Assembly (NCBI RefSeq): GCF_006345805.1
Contig: NC_043002.1
Location: forward strand, 116,374,001-116,438,000
Reading direction: 5' to 3'
Origin: Octopus sinensis
Lineage: Eukaryota
DNA length: 64,000 nucleotides
Position numbers and translations under genes: made by a program. The notes beneath the pieces were generated by a model that saw nothing but the letters and a program-made list of their open reading frames with translations, made no database searches and was not told the DNA's origin. This document shows positions 62,447 through 64,000 of the stretch, in pieces (the first letter of the stretch is position 1; every line of letters begins with the position of its first letter).

Positions 62447-62780
62447 TCTATATACATAAATGTGTAATGTTGTCTGTCTGTGTGTTTGGGGTTACTCTAA
62501 CTCCTCTCACACTATCCAACCGCTTTTAATGATTTTTGGCACATAGGTAGGTCACATGACCTGAAATTCAAATAAGGCCGGACTTTTTTTCGAAAACTCG
62601 ATAATCCTCAGTTGGCATCGATTTTTGTGAGCTCAATCGGGCGTTTGAATGTAAATTCCCATAACGATGTTATTTTTCCTTAATGGGTATTAGTTGGCAC
62701 GGGAAACGTAGAATATTTCAATACTAAGGCAGAAGTGGGCTTCACTTCAACACGGAAAAAGGAGTAACAGCTTGTAATAC
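62447..62780 (+). mobile_element. Helitron-like non-autonomous 5' portion
   Basis: a|tctatatacataaa..gtctgtctgtgtgt start like 7798 and 40290; 3' end not recognised. Confidence 0.5.
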
Positions 62781-62827
62781 ATAATTTAAGAAGTTATTGT
62801 TGATTTAGGCAAATTATTTATTAATTC

Positions 62828-63083
62828 AATTGCAGCGTGGAAGGTGCTTATAAGCCATTAAAAAAAAATACAAAACTCGTTAGATATGGAATTTTGTCAG
62901 TGATCAGTTCGCGGTCTCAAATCGACGAAAATATTTTAGCAAATTAAATTTAAATGTTGAAGTGAATTTAACGGTTTTTGTGTGTTTTTAAATAGCTTAT
63001 AAACACCTTCCACGCTGCAGTTGTTTTTGTTTCAGCACATGATCTAAGATCAGGTCACTTGTTATGCAAGTACATCTCCGTAA
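62828..63083. mobile_element. MITE with long TIRs, copy 2 (left TIR truncated)
   Basis: Same core as 49665-49905; internal IR tgcagcgtggaaggtg / caccttccacgctgca. Confidence 0.72.
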
Positions 63084-63329
63084 TATTTATTAATTATTTA
63101 CGAAGTAACATGAGAAAAATAAAATGTCATAATGCTAATACAATGGAATACTAAGATTATTCCATGTAAAGTGAAACTTGGACTCAAATATGTATGTTTA
63201 TATATACACACACACAAATATATTAAAAATATAATATATATATATATATAACATGTAATATATATAATATATAATTTATAATAAACATATATAGATATGT
63301 AACCATATATACAATAATATATATATATA

Positions 63330-64000
63330 TATATAACCATGCTCTCTGACTCTTTAACTCTTTCTCCTTTCCTTGTGGCCTCTCTAAACTTCTTTTTACT
63401 CTTGATATCAAGAGTTTAAATACGGTGATCCCATACAACGAAAGACTTCTTGCATTGAAACACTTTCTGGACCTTCGACCAAACCCCAACATGACCCCTC
63501 CATACTTCTTGATCAGGCTGAACTTGTTCTCTCCCTTAACTGCTTCATGTTCGCAGGGGATTTTTAACAACAGTTCTCGGGAGTGGCATGGGCGCAAGAA
63601 TGGACCCCAATTATGCGAACCTGTTCGTTGGTTACGTTGAGGCACAAATATTCTCATGGTTCACTGGTCCCTAGCCCGAACTATATGGTCGTTATATCGA
63701 TGATTGTATCTGTGTGACCTGTCTCCTGCGAACAAGTCTCCTTCCTCTCTTTTCTCCAGTCCTTCCATCTTGCCCTCGAATTCTCCTGCAGTATTTCTAA
63801 CTCTCCCATCGTATTTCTCGACATTTCTATCAGTATACACCACTCCATTCTCACTACCTCCGTCCATTACCGACACACCGACTCACACTCCTATCTTAAT
63901 TGTTCCTCCTCCCACCCTGCCTACACCAAGCTCACCATCACCTACTCCCAATTCCTCCGTCTGCGCAGGCTCTGCAATGATAACCATGACTTTGAGACTC
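63330..64000 (+). mobile_element. Penelope-like element RT relic, runs off the window
   Basis: DIKSLNTVIP..LALKHFL, GVAMG..MGPNYANLFVGY (frameshifted), YGRYIDDCI, HSYL..SSHP..ITYSQFLRLRRLC. Confidence 0.85.

Overview
AT-rich, microsatellite-saturated eukaryotic DNA. The tRNA-derived SINE families and the repeat load point to an octopus (coleoid cephalopod) genome; this is inferred from family recognition, not from a search. One host gene is visible on the + strand: four phase-compatible exons (25793-25916, 57475-57645, 59475-59723, 61932-62125; intron phases 1,1,1,0; first intron about 31.5 kb). They encode a signal peptide plus a divergent LIVBP-like amino-terminal domain, most likely of an ionotropic glutamate receptor, and the gene continues past the window. 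The rest is a nested transposon landscape: Penelope-like elements (PLEs), R4/Dong LINEs in (TAA)n, RTE and L1/Tx1-like relics, a Ty3/gypsy relic, several mariners (one near-intact), a Merlin relic, Helitrons, MITEs and many SINEs. The main structure not explained by the ORF track is a set of short non-coding, mostly (TA)n-embedded modules with inverted arms that carry minimal type I hammerhead ribozymes, as known from PLE pseudo-LTRs. Two look canonical (42788-42857 and 44821-44874, both antisense to the gene), three are degenerate or variant (39992-40076 minus, 46940-46977 plus, 59088-59215 plus), and there are further relics. All calls were made by eye; no alignments or folding programs were run.
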